Below are positions 50,085-63,157 of a DNA stretch of 64,000 nucleotides, piece after piece. The notes beneath the pieces were generated by a model that worked only from the letters and a program-made list of their open reading frames with translations, ran no database searches and was not told the DNA's origin. A program made the position numbers and the translations under genes. This stretch comes from Mizuhopecten yessoensis (taxonomy: Eukaryota), in contig NW_018408803.1 in the NCBI RefSeq assembly GCF_002113885.1, positions 133,912 to 197,911 on the forward strand, in the 5' to 3' direction. Positions within the stretch are counted from its first letter, which is position 1. Every line of letters starts with the position of its first letter.

Positions 50085-53000
50085 CCTTCCCAAAAAGTAT
50101 CTTACCTTGTGGTTTCCCCAAAACGTAATATATACAGAAGTATCCAAACAATGTATCTTACCCTGGTGTATCTCCACAATGTATCTTACCCTAGTGTATC
50201 CCCACAATGTATCTTACCCTGGTGTATCTCCACAATGTATCTTACTAAGGAGTATCCCACAGTGTATCTTACCCTGGTGTATCCCCACAATGTATCTTAC
50301 CCTGGTGTATCCCCACAATGTATCTTACCCTAGTGTATCCCCACAATGTATCTTACCCTAGTGTATCTCCACAATGTATCTTACCCTGGTGTATCCCCAC
50401 AATGTATCTTACCTTGGTGTATCCACACAATGTATCTTACCCTGGTCTATCCACACAATGTATCTTATCCCGGTGTATCCCCACAATGTATCATATCCAG
50501 GATCTTCCCCACAATGAATCTTATCCTGGAGTATCCCCACAATGTATTTTATCCTGGTGTATCTCCACAATGTATCTTTCCCTGGTGTATCCCCACAATG
50601 TCTCTTCTCCTGGTGTATCTCCACAATGTATCATACCAAGGTGTATCCACACAATGTATCGTATCCTGGTGTATCCCACAATGTATCTTTCCCTGGTGTA
50701 TCCCCACAATGTATCATATCCAGGATCTTCCCCACAATGCATCTTACCCTGGTGTATCCCCGCAATGTATCTTATCCTGGTGTATCCACAAAATGTATCT
50801 TATCCTGGTGTACTCACACAATGTATCTTATCCTGATTTATCCCACAGTGTATCTTACCCTGGTGTATCGCCACAATGTATCTTACTAAGGAGTATCCCA
50901 CAGTGTATCTTACCACGGAGTATCCCCACAATGTATCTTAACCTGGTGTATCCACACAATGTATCGTATCCTGGTGTATCCCACAATGTATCTTCCCCTG
51001 GTGTATCCCCACAATGTCTCTTATCCTGGTGTATCTCCACAATGTATCTTTCCCTAGTGTATCCCCACAATGTATCTTTTCCTGGTGTATCCACACAATG
51101 TACCTTATCCTGGTGTATCTCCACAATGTATCATACCAAGGTGTATCCACACAATGTATCGTATCCTGGTGTATCCCACAATGTATCTTACCCTGGTTTA
51201 TCCCCACAATGTATCTTACACTGTTGTATCCCCACAATGTATCTTGCCCTAGTGTATCCCCACAATGTATCTTGCCCTAGTGTATCCCCACAATGTATCT
51301 TCTCCTGGTGTATCCACACAATGTATCGTATCCTGGTGTATCCCACAATGTATCTTACCTTGGTGTATCCACACAATGTATCTTACCCTGGTTTATCCCC
51401 ACAATGTATCTTATTCAGAAGTATCCCAACACTGAATCTTATCCAGGATCTTCCCCACAATATATCTTACCCTGGTGTATCCCCACAATGTATCTTACCC
51501 TGGTGTATCCCCACAATGTATCTTATTCAGAAGTATCCCAACACTGAATCTTATCCAGGATCTTCCCCACAATGTATCTTACCAAGGAGTATCCCCAAAA
51601 CGTAATATACACAAAAGTCTCCCGACAGTGTATCTTACCCAGGAGTATCCCACACTATATGTTACCCAGGAGTATCCCGACAATGTATCTTACCCTGGAG
51701 TATCCCCACAATGTATCTTACCCAGGAGTATCCCCACAAAGTATCTTATCCAAGAGTCACCCTACAATGTATCTTATCCAGAGTATCCCACAATGTATCT
51801 TATCCAATCCCACAGTGTATCTTACCCTGGAGTATCCCCATAATGTATCTTATCCAGGAGTATCCCACAATGTATCTTATCCAATCCCACAGTGTATCTT
51901 ACCCTGGAGTATCCCCAAAATGTATCTTATCCTGGTGTATCCCACAATGTATCTTACCCTGGTGTATCTCCACAATGTATCTTATCCAGGTGTATCCACA
52001 CAATGTATCTTATCCTGGTGTATCCCCACAATGTATCTTATCCTGGAGTATCCCCACAATATATCTTACCAAGGAGTATTTCCACAATGTATCTTACCAA
52101 GGAGTATCCCACAGTGTAGCTTACCATGCAGTATCCCCTAAATGTATCTTACCCTGGGGTATCCCCCACAATGTATCTTACCCAGGAATATCCCCACACT
52201 GTATCTTACCAAGGAGTATCCCCACAATGTATCTTCCCCTGGAATATCCCCACAATGTATCTTACCCAGGAGTATCCCCACAATGCATCTTACCCAGGAG
52301 GATCCCCACAATGTATCTTACCCTGGAGTATCCCCACAATGTATCTTATCCAGGAGTATCCCACAATTTTTCTTATCCAGGAGTAATCCCATAACGAATC
52401 TTATCTTGGAGTATCTCCACAATGTATCTTACCCAGGAGTATCCCCACAATGCATCTTACCCAGGAGTATCCCCACAATGTATCTTATCCTGGAGTATTC
52501 CCACAATATATCTTATCCAAGAGTCACCCTTCAATGTATCTTATCCAGGAGTATCCCACAATTTTTCTTATCCAGGAGTAATCCCATAACGAATCTTATC
52601 TTGGAGTATCTCCACAATGTATGTTACCCAGGAGTATCCCCACAATGTATCTTACTCAGGGGTATCCCCACAATATATCCTACCCTCGAGTATCCCCACA
52701 ATGTTTCTTACCCTGGAGTATCCCGACAATGTATCTTACCCTGGAGTATCCCCACAATGTATCTTATCCAGGAGTATCCCCACAATGTATCTTACCCAGG
52801 AGTATCCCCACAATGCATCTTACCCAGGAGTATCCCCACAATGTATCTTACCGTGGAGTATCCCCACAATGTATCTTATCCTGGAGTATTCCCACAATAT
52901 ATCTTATCCAAGAGTCACCCTTCAATGTATCTTATCCAGAGTATCCCACAATTTTTCTTATCCAGGAGTAATCCCATAACGTATCTTATCTTGGAGTATC

Positions 53001-53290
53001 CCCACAATGTATGTTACCCATGAGTATTCCCACAATGTACCTTATCTGGGAGTATCCCTATAATGTCTGTTGCCCTGGAGTATCCCACAATTTATCTTAC
53101 CAAGGAATATCCCAACAATATATATTTTACCAGGGGGGATCCCCAAATGTATCTCACCCAGGGGTATCCCCCAATGTATCTTACCAAAGAGTATCCCTAC
53201 AATGTACTTACTCAGGGTATCCCCACAATGTATCTCACCCAGGGGTATTTTCACCATATATCTGATCCAGGAGTATCCCGCAATGTTACG
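50085..53290 (+). repeat. 28-bp satellite (~3.2 kb) in intron 12 of the pseudogene
   Basis: GTATCCCCACAATGTATCTTACCCTGGT units; explains the 28-aa periodic ORFs. Confidence 0.96.
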
Positions 53291-53919
53291 TATCATGTAT
53301 ACGTAGTGTCCTTAACAATGCATCAAATATATATAGCTTACCTTAGACATCCTCACTCTGCAGTCTGTCCTGTGTAGAACGTAGCTGAGGAGCACCCACA
53401 CAATGTAGGGAGCGATACGTGTGTACATCTTGTTGCAAAGCGGGGCGTGCTGGCCATAATAGTTATCTGTGTGCTTTGTCACTGTTGTGCTGGATAATAA
53501 ACGGATTTAGTTGATTTTAAGAATGTAGACATGTTATGTCAACTGAACCGAATGTTATGCATATTTTTCACCTTGTTTCTAAAAGATATCTTGTGGTAAA
53601 ATTGTGGTAAGCAACTGGACGCTTATATATATTTATGATAAATTGGACATAGATGGATAATTAAAAATTTGGGACAGGATACAACGGAAACTTTGATTCC
53701 TGTATCAGCATAATGCTTATCAAAATAATAAAAATTGAAAGTTCCTTCAATATGTTGCTTAACCATAAAATTCTAAATCTTCAATTGAATTTTCAAATCA
53801 ATATTCTTCAAATTTCGGGTACTTTCCTGATAGATTACTAAAAAATATACATACTTATAATAATTAATTCTGCCTAATGTATAAAGTTTTAGTTCGATCC
53901 CTCTAGAGATTGAAAAACA

Positions 53920-54300
53920 GGATATTGAAATACTAGAAAGTGTCCACGGAGAGCTACTAAATAACTACCAAGAATCAATGAATTTTCATACTAGGAATGA
54001 TTGCGTCGTCTAAACGCCCGTCGTTATTATATAGACGTAATAGGGGAGACATGATAGAAGTGTTCAAAATATTGAGGGGAGTATATGATACAACAGCATG
54101 ACAGGGACTTTTGTCAATAAAACAAGATAAAAGGACTCAGTTTGAATAAATCAAGGAGCATACTGGACGTTAGGAAATACTTATTAACTCAACGAATTGT
54201 TAGCAACTGGAAGTCCCTACCTGAGAACGTTATTTAAGTACCAAATCTAATAACTTTCGAAAACCGCATTGATACATTTTGGTAAACTGATGAAATTCTG
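53920..54300 (+). mobile_element. CR1-type LINE 3' fragment
   Basis: DIEILESV, YRRNRGDMIEVFKIL, LDVRKY..QRIVSNWKSLPE, with frameshifts. Confidence 0.7.
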
Positions 54301-54924
54301 TAAACAAATAAAGCTGTAGATATTTCACAAATTTCTATAAATAGCAATAATGATATTTAATAGTAGTATTCTTGTTCTTGGTTTTTGTATCGTCATTATG
54401 ATCAAAATTCATTGTGATTGACGTTGCTGTTAAGAGTGATGACAATTAAATGGAATGGAACTTGAGAAGATGAGATGGGATATCAAATGGATCAAAAAGT
54501 ATACAAAATGTTTCCCATCAACACCCATTTCTCTTACCCGTAACCAGCCTTCAATTGATGCATTCCATGGTTGATTTTCATGAAACTCTCTTAAATAGTA
54601 AATTTGCAGTAACATTGTGCACGTATTCAGTATTCATATGCTTATATTGAGCAATCACTGGAAAATGTTTTAAATAAAAAAAAAATGCAAATATTTTCAT
54701 ATATCGAGTATCCATGGCTTCAGAATGTTATGTTTCAGACTAAATACATCTTTATTCTTCTCTATACCAGCATGCTCATCCTCCCCCACTCTCGTGCGAC
54801 CCCGGGGTGTCTTTGAATATATTTTTCCATCGTAAGAGTCGACTAAATGTGGGACCTTATCTCTTCTCTTCTTTCTAAATAACTTTCTTCTTCCTAATGT
54901 CTCTCTTGACAATGCCTCACTTTT

Positions 54925-55308
54925 GGCCATTTGTTGGGCGTTCGCCCCTGTGAGGAAGGCTTTGGGTTCTATCCCCTGGCCGAGACATACCAAAGTCTTT
55001 AAAAAAGGTAGTTTCTACTCCTGCTTAACGCTCAGCAAATTAGGAGTGGGACGACTGGTTCGCCCGGTGTCAGTATAATGTGACCGGGTGGGGCGTCTTG
55101 CTGGGTGTCTTCGGCAGTATGTTTCAGTGAGGAAGCACTATAAAGTCGGCATCAGTTCCGCGCTATCACAAGAGACAAACACGAACATATCGCAGCCTCC
55201 CAAAATGCACACACATGCACTACACGCATGCATCTTGCACACAGGGGAGGCCGTCCTTAAATGACCTTAGCTGTTAATAGGACGTTAAACAAAATAAAAC
55301 CAAATCAA
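54925..55308 (+). mobile_element. tRNA-derived SINE with Meta-domain-like core
   Basis: GGTTCTATCCC box B, CATACCAAAGTCTTTAAAAAAGGTAG core, CA-rich segment, tail CTTAAATGACCTTAGCTGTTAATAGGACGTTAAAC; partial 3' copy at ~12632..12810. Confidence 0.7.
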
Positions 55309-55499
55309 AGCGAGTAATGGGTTTCCTTTCAAAGGGAATGCGGTTCGGCATGCAAAGCCTAACACCCGTGTTAGTGACTCCCAACTGTCTCCCGACTTTC
55401 CAGGTTGTCACTGCTCTGTTCGCAGTCGTCAACTAGCCTTTCCTAGTAGCCACTGGAAATGCAGAATGTTGATACCTTGAATACATAGGAAAATATTCC

Positions 55500-56300
55500 A
55501 ATGCTGACCAGTCCCATCATCGGGTGGATGGTCCTCCTTCGTTAGACGTCCCGGCGCTTATCCACGACGTCCTCCAGAGGTGCGCCCACTGGGTTGATCA
55601 GACCCAGCCAGGGACTGGTTGGCTCTCGCTGCTGCTGGCTGGAACTGCAGCTTGCTGCTATGTTGTTGCTGCAGCCCCCTGCTTTGTCCATCAAGTCTTG
55701 ACATGTCCCGTGTTGTGGCACCATGTGACTAGCACTGTTGTTGTGTCCACCCCACGGCTCTTCTCTCTTTCTCCATATCCAGTTGGATGCCATCTCTACC
55801 TGTCTGCTCACAGCACCCACAAGCTTCTTCCGCTATGTCCCTAACTTCCCCAGCAATCTCAACGTCCTCCATAGAGATTACTAGGGGAAACCCCTGCAAC
55901 CAACCTCTACTGGCAGGCACCATATCTTCCAACCTTGTTGTTGGCAGTCCTCTACAAGATGCTGGTACTTCGTCCTCTTCCGCTCATGTGCCTCCTCTAT
56001 CCTCTCCTCCAATGGAACCGTCAGTTCTACCATCACAACCTGCTTTGAGTTCCGGGACCACAACATAATGTATGGGCGGAGTGGTGCAGCAGCCACCTCT
56101 GTGGGGAAGCCCATCCTCTGATGGATGTCTGCCCTCATTTCCCAGTCTCCTGCTGTTGCGAGAATCTCGCCTCCCTCCAAGCTGCTCTTCCCTGTATTGC
56201 CTGCCTTCACGAAGTTGACAAACTTTGTTTCCTTCGTCACTGCTCTTTTCTTCCTTCTGGCATTGTCGAGGCTTGGAAACGGTTATGGCGTCAAGTGTAC
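55500..56300 (-). mobile_element. Hero/NeSL-type (R2 superfamily) non-LTR retrotransposon 3' fragment, restriction-like endonuclease domain
   Basis: ORF 55881..56240 DWEMRAD..LRP(Y)IMLWS..VELTVP.EE.IEEAHERKRTKY..GW..PVEVGCRGF, then frameshifted EMASNWIWRKR; the catalytic PD motif reads PY. Confidence 0.8.
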
Positions 56301-57634
56301 CTGCCATCTGTAAGTGCGATGGAAAATAAGAATGACATGTGTCAAGACAACCGATCTCATTTCGGATTTTTTCCATTATCACCACGGATGGGTTTCTAAG
56401 AACACCCAATACTCTGTTTCAGCGAGCTCTGGCGGGCAGGCCTCTGAATTTGGCAGCGGCCTGTTCGTCGGAGATGTTCTAAACTTGGTCGTTGCTATGA
56501 AACTCAAAAGTAACTGGGATGTTAGTTCAGTTTTGTTCCCATGGTTGGTGTAAAAAAACCTTTATGTTTGTGAAGTTATCAACTTATATGAAGTGCATAC
56601 CTTGAGTCTGATTCTACTACTTCGTAAATACTGAATGTTGAAATTCAGCTGAAAAAGGAGAGTCAAAAACCAGGTTTGTGCTTTTGTTTATTTCCATGTT
56701 GATATAAAAATAAACTCCACAGCTATGAAATAACATAGTATTAACACACAAGATACAATGAATGGAAAATCAAAAGTGGACATCAGACAAATACAAAACA
56801 AATTAAGGAGACAACAAAGACGATAATTAGTGAGACAACAAAAACGGAAAACATAGTATCTGAAAAATGCTAAAAATAACATGGTACTCCCAGCTTCCAG
56901 GATTGTTCCCATCCGAACATACTGGAAAGTGATGACTTCATGTTTTATGGACCTTTATTAAATAGAACAATTAACATGCATGCATTAATTGAAATTAAAA
57001 ATCCACTGGAGATGTCCGTTGTATCATACAACATCCACACTAAGGATATCTGATTATCACCCAGAGACCTGAAACTGAGGAACAGAGAAGACTATCTTTT
57101 TTTTCAAAAATAGCAAAGATGCTTTGCCAAATGTTCTGATAAGCATCTCACAACAGTATAATAGTACATACATGCGACACTAACCCATTCACTAATCTAG
57201 CAAACATAAAAACATACTTATCGATCCTTATTTTTTTCAGGCAGAAACAGGAAACACACATAATTGTTTTCCTAAGCTTAATCAATTCAGAGACGTATAT
57301 ACTACAGGCCTTGTATGTCTCTGATCAGTTATTTCAATTGTAATGTTAATGTGTACTCACTCTGTTCAGCATACAACTGTCTTTGACACTTGGCAGATAA
57401 TCAGCAATATTTGCTGGTTCCGAATACAGTAGAAACATTTCTGCCAAACCTCCTTGTTTCACGAAAGAGTTCATATTTTTTTTAAATCATTTTCGTCGAC
57501 TCCAAAAAATAACGGAATTTTAATCCCGCCAACATTCAATATTTCCACATAAACCAACACCGTCAGCACCAATCTAAGACAAAACCAAATCAAACGAAAC
57601 TGACCCGTGCCCGTATCACCTGTATCATAGTACA

Positions 57635-57666
<32 letters not shown>

Positions 57667-59379
57667 GTGATGGACATTACATCTGATAATATATTCCACG
57701 GAATTAGATTAGGTAGCATTTAATGTAGCTCAGGGGTGAAGCTTAGACAAAATAATGTCATGAAAAAACGGACATTGAATAGTTTTCCAGCTCAACCGTG
57801 ACGAACACAAGGATTTTGTAAGAAAAGCCTCAAACTGCTATACTGTGAGAGAATGGACTGATCGAGGCCCATATGGCAGAGATCGGAGGACTTTTCTCCT
57901 ACTAAAAACACAGTACCCTTTGTATAAATAATAACTGTTGTGTTAGGAATGGACAGCTACTGAACAATATGCAGGATATGAAGTTGATAATGAATTGTAG
58001 GGTATTTTTGTTTATGCAGCATTACATGTAAGTATATATGGTCATGTATTGGACAGTTACAGCAATCGTGACTTTATTTAGAAATACACATGAATTTTCG
58101 TAGCAGGATTATTCCTGAATCAGCTGCAGATTTTCCCCATTCCATTAATATTCATAATTCAAAATAATTATTGGATAACTGTATTCCCTCATCAAGCCAG
58201 TTTTACAGTATTCTGTTGGATTCATTTGTTCTGAAATACTTTTTCCTCAATAAAATTCAACAGTGGTATAGTCAGCCGGATTATCTATGAATCAAATATA
58301 ACTATCTGCGGTGTTCCGACTTACCTGGAATTATATTAGAATTAGATGCCATCAAAGTCCGTGGTATTTACATGTTTGTCTAGTAAATCCGTTTGTTTAA
58401 TAAACAAATAGTGGATTTTCTTCTAAATTTTGCAAGTGCTCGAAGGTGTGTTTGTTACCTGTAACTGTCCGTTATTAGACCAGTAGCTGTCCATTATTAA
58501 ACACAATAATGGTCAGTTACGGCTAAATATTGAACAGCTACAGGTATTTCTTTGTTCATTCTGCTACATATTGCACAACAAGAATAAAGGATGACGTCTC
58601 AACTGTGTTTTAAAATTGCATAGCAGCCTGCTCTCTCATAAGTTTCGTTTTAGAAGTGCTACGAGATTTATGCTGCTGTATTTATTTAATTTATTTTCAA
58701 TCCCTTATACATCTGGACTTATTCCTTTGAATCACTCTATTAATTATTTAGATGACTAATTAACCTAATTACAGCGTGGAGGTAGAAAAATGGAATATCA
58801 GTCTGAAAGCATTTTTCTGAGGAGAAAATTATGCTTTGGAAAAAACAATGCTGAAATAATATATTTATCATCCAGAATGTGAGGATAATCGAACATTTTG
58901 TGAAAATTTTAATGTAAAATACAGGATTTTTCATTCTTATTATTCTTGTATACCAAAAGATTTCATAGAATGAAGAAGTGGTGTTATTTCAAATATGTAT
59001 GCAAACATTCAGTCCAAAAATGAATGATGGAAAGTATTCATTTCGCACAACAAAGTTCCCAATGTGTCCAAAAAGGTGAGGGTCTAAGACACCTCCCTGG
59101 CGTCTCCCAGAACGCAATGCTTAATTACAGATCGTTCAAGACACAAGAGTCAGCCAGACTAAATATAATGTTTGAATTCAGTACAGCACGACACCAAATG
59201 TAAATAATCCAATAAAAGATTACTACTGACAATGCGCAGTTGGTCAAAGAACTATAGAACTATGGGAATGTGTGCTTATACGTCAAGTATACTTTATTAT
59301 ATTGGCTACCATAGCAATCTTCAAAAATAGTTCCGACAAAGCTTGAAATAGGTTGTTTTCTTGTGAATCTATAATTTCC

Positions 59380-60965
59380 ATGTACATAAAGAGAAATGGC
59401 TTCCACCCACATTTAAGTTTAATGATTATTATATTTTCATATTTGAGGACTGTCTTCTTACACCAAAGAAAATACTATAGCTTGTTGTGCTGGACTGAGT
59501 TTCTCTACAGTTAAATTGTCTGAATAATGAATATTATAATTAACTAATCATACTTCACTCCCATCATCATTCAGTTCACGATATGATTTAAATCTTTGTT
59601 CTACATATTTGTTTCGAGCAAATAAGAAATGATAGGTATCTTCAACGTACGAGTTTGAAAGTTGAAGTCGGAAATTAGTCAGAGAATAATTATCGGCATC
59701 ACGGAGGTTGTATTGTGGATTTTCTGAAACAAGAGGTGACAGTAGAGAAGTAAGATAGTTAGTGTAAAATCATTGTGAATTTTGTAGAAAAAAATATAGT
59801 TTTCTCCTAAACCTTCTCTGAGGTTCGAATCCACTTTCAGAGTATAAAGATTCACTGCTAGAATAAGAGGATAAACCCGTGATTTTCCGTGCAGACTCGA
59901 GTTGAAGTTTTTCTAGTTTGTCTGCGTCACCGAGAGTACACCCATCCCATACCTCGCAACAGTATTCTAGTATTGGAAGAATATAGGATCTGTACACTTA
60001 CCTATTTTGAAACTGTTTGGCATATATTATCAATGTGGTTACTCCATTTACAAGTATTATCCAGAACTACTCCCGGGTGTCTATGATTATCCACGAAGTC
60101 AATACTTACATTATTAAAATTAAAACGTATAACAAAATTAAGTTCAATATTTGAAATAAGTAATGCTTTCGTTTTTACGAGGTTGAATTTAACTAACCAT
60201 TTATCGCCCAATTTTGGATCCTATATAACTAAATCACTGGTAATTTTAGTTTCAATAGCATGAGGAGATTCTTCCGAACATAATAAAGAGGTGTCATCTG
60301 CAAACAATTTGGATAGGCTTTCAAGATTATCAGATATATCATTAATATAGAGAATTAATAATAAAGGACCTAAATTCGAACCCTATGGAACGCAAGCATT
60401 AGTAACTTTCACATGTGAATTAGTATCGCCAACAAATACCTATTGCTGTCTATCACTAACATAATTATTTAACCAATTCAACAATTTTCCCGAAATACCA
60501 TACTTTTCTAGTTTTACTTTCAGTCCCGCGTGCCACACACGATCGAACGCTTTAGATATATCGCAAAAAATAAACATGTTGGATGGTGGTTTTTTTTTTT
60601 AGATTTTCACATATTGTATGATAAATTTCAATTAATTGATGTACTGTAGAATACTCAGGCTGGAAACCCGATTGCTAATAGTATATCAATAAATTTTCTT
60701 ATGAATAATCATTTATATATTTTACAACTAGTCGTTCACAAAAATTCCCAAAAGAACTAAGTAATGATACAGGTCTATAATTTGCAGAATTTTCTCTATC
60801 CCTTTTTTAAAATAATGGCATGACTAACGTTTGTTTCCAAATTTTTGGAAAGATTCCAGTTTCTAAATTTCTAAATATGAGTATTAAAGGAAAAGCTAAT
60901 GTATGTGCTGTATTTTTTTACCATGTTATGAATGATTGTGTCGCTACCAACAGCTTTACTTACAT
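59380..60965 (-). mobile_element. Degenerate CR1/L2-group LINE reverse transcriptase region
   Basis: Minus-strand motifs NYRPVSLLS, CDISKAFDRVWH, LGPLL..YINDI, LFADDTSL, WLVKFNLVKT, LEYCCEVWDGC..LEKLQ, with stops and frameshifts. Confidence 0.85.
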
Positions 60966-61087
60966 TGTATAGGTATGTCATCAGTTACGGTCAACCTTTT
61001 GGTACCCAGCATCACCGATGAGTTATACAAAGACGAAACGGCTGTATGATGCAGTGTAATTCATTTTTGATTACTGTATCTTTTACC

Positions 61088-61103
61088 AAATACAGGCACA
61101 GTC

Positions 61104-61137
<34 letters not shown>
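61088..61137. repeat. (TG)n microsatellite; others are (GT)n at 11409-11430 and (CT)n at 57635-57667
   Basis: Direct observation. Confidence 0.95.
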
Positions 61138-61160
<23 letters not shown>

Positions 61161-62305
61161 ATTCAGATTTAACAAGTCAAAGTAAAATATTCAGTGAAAA
61201 ATGATTGAAAAATGTGTTCTTGATTTCAAGCGTTTTGTTTCATACATACTAATTATGGATAACCACGGAATGATATTAGTCTAAGCCTAAGTCCGTGACA
61301 TAACCAAATAGCATCACTATGTGTTATAACAGTTAAAATATATTCTGGTAAGTTAATTCAGAGACTTTATACGTCTCTGGTTAATTGTTCTGGTAGAAAC
61401 TTGTTATGTTAAGCTAACAATGCTTTTAATGAAAAATGATATTACAGCAATACTTATCATTTATAAACATCAACACACGATTTCATCGCTTTATTAAACA
61501 GAATGCGAACGTAAGTGGGTAAAAAGCACAATAGTAAGAATGTATCCACCTTCACTGAGAGGAAACAACTTCAAATGACCGACGTCCAGGAGATTTATGA
61601 TACATGTAGGGTTCAGGGTCTAGTTTGGGTTTGATACACGAGTTTTACCCCCGACACATATTACATATTATTCATACGCTAGAAAGTAGTCCGTAATATT
61701 TAACTGATGTTTCTTATCAAAATACAAATATAATTGGCTACGTATACTTTTGTTGGATATCAATATTAATAAATGCTTGTATATAAGTGCTATAATCGAA
61801 AAGGGCATGCACTTTATCAATCAGGAAGTCGCAGGCATAATTAGTGGATGGATGTGACGTGTCGCCGGCCATCTTCCGATGACTCGATAAGCAATGACAA
61901 GTGTCACAAGACTTAAACTTTGAGCTTTAAAATGACTGAATCTAGGCCCCAACATCAATCTCAGTACCGAGGCTGGCTGTATAAATGGACCAACTATTTA
62001 AGGGGTTACCAGAAACGGTGGTTTGTGCTCCAAAATGGTCTACTTTCGTACTACAGGTAATGATGAGGAAGGTTACAAGGAAGGGAAACCCTACTGTTCA
62101 GGACAGAGTTTTCTGAAAAAGGAAATGATTGTGATTCAAGCATGCTCTTTATACACGTACCTTCACTAATTAGAAAAAAATATGTCTAGGAACAGCACAT
62201 GTGTGTCTTAAATCGTGTACATACAGTCGTTGACCCGTCACAAGTGGGTACATAATGTTGGTCCTATTATAAATATTAAATGTCTGCCTTTTTTTCAGGT
62301 TGGGC

Positions 62306-62381
62306 CACCGGTACTAGCCTCGTCTGTCAATACACCTATAATATAATTGTAGGTGTATTGACAGACGAGGCTGGTACCTGT
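62306..62381. mobile_element. 76-bp palindromic MITE with 8-bp TSD
   Basis: Near-perfect hairpin CAC..GTG flanked by GGTTGGGC at 62298-62305 and 62382-62389. Confidence 0.7.
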
Positions 62382-62821
62382 GGTTGGGCACAACCCTTGG
62401 GTACAAACACCTACATTTGGATAACTGTACATATTTACATTAACAGTTTTATTACTGAAATGTGGAATAAAATAATATGAAAACACAAATTTCTTTCAAA
62501 CATCAGGGACAGAAAATGCAACATTCCTTATTGACCTTAAACAGAATTTAAATAAAACACAATGATCATGAGGTATATATACATTTGTGCATAACAAATA
62601 TCAATTCTGATATAAAAATTTGATAATAATTCAAAAACTGTATCACAGATTTTGTTCCCCATTGATTTCGGTATGTAGTCCTTAGGATCATCCAGTGCAA
62701 TCATGAAGTGATTATGATTTTTTTCTATGGTCTATTTATAGCTATACAGTCACATGTGCACACTATATTAATAGGTGATACAGGTTGTCATTTTTGCAAA
62801 CATTCCCTGTGTTAATTGTTT

Positions 62822-63157
62822 TGTAAAGGCTGGGGTTCAAACCCAGGACTCTAGACGGAAACTCTACCAATTTAGTTACATTTTGCCTGGTCACCAGCAA
62901 TCAAGCCAGTCCAGTTCCACTTCAATCCTCAAACTTTTTCCCTGCAGACTCTTTACAACCCAGGTTCTGTATCCCCTCGCAAGCATTCAGTCAATAGAGG
63001 TAAATTAATTGTCTTGTCGCTGGAAATAAGGGTTGGTTACAGGCACCGGAACAGAAAATTGCATGGTGATATTAGGATTTGAACTCGGGACCCTTCAAAC
63101 TCTAGATGGATGCTCTACAAACTGGTGGCTGGTGATCGACCAGTCCGGAATAACACA
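62822..63157 (-). mobile_element. Degenerate two-LTR copy of the tRNA-like LTR family
   Basis: Two direct repeats with the motifs gaactcgggaccc/ctctaga/ctctac/ccagtcc, spaced as at 4612..4893. Confidence 0.45.

Larger units (their letters stand above)
47053..57614 (-). pseudogene. Inverted unprocessed pseudogene of the NRF-6-like gene; remnants of exon 1 (57361..57614), exon 12 (53342..53489), exon 13 (49418..49606) and exon 15 (47053..47220)
   Basis: Direct similarity to the + strand exons with splice sites retained. The start ATG has become ACG. Exon 1 has internal deletions and a frameshift to TGA. Exon 13 has -2/+1 indels giving a premature stop. Exons 2-11 and 14 were not found by eye. 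Confidence 0.88.

Noticed and set aside
50032-53377. Many long ORFs (up to 419 aa) with 28-aa periodicity
   Set aside because: By-product of a 28-bp satellite with few stop codons; overlapping frames on both strands.
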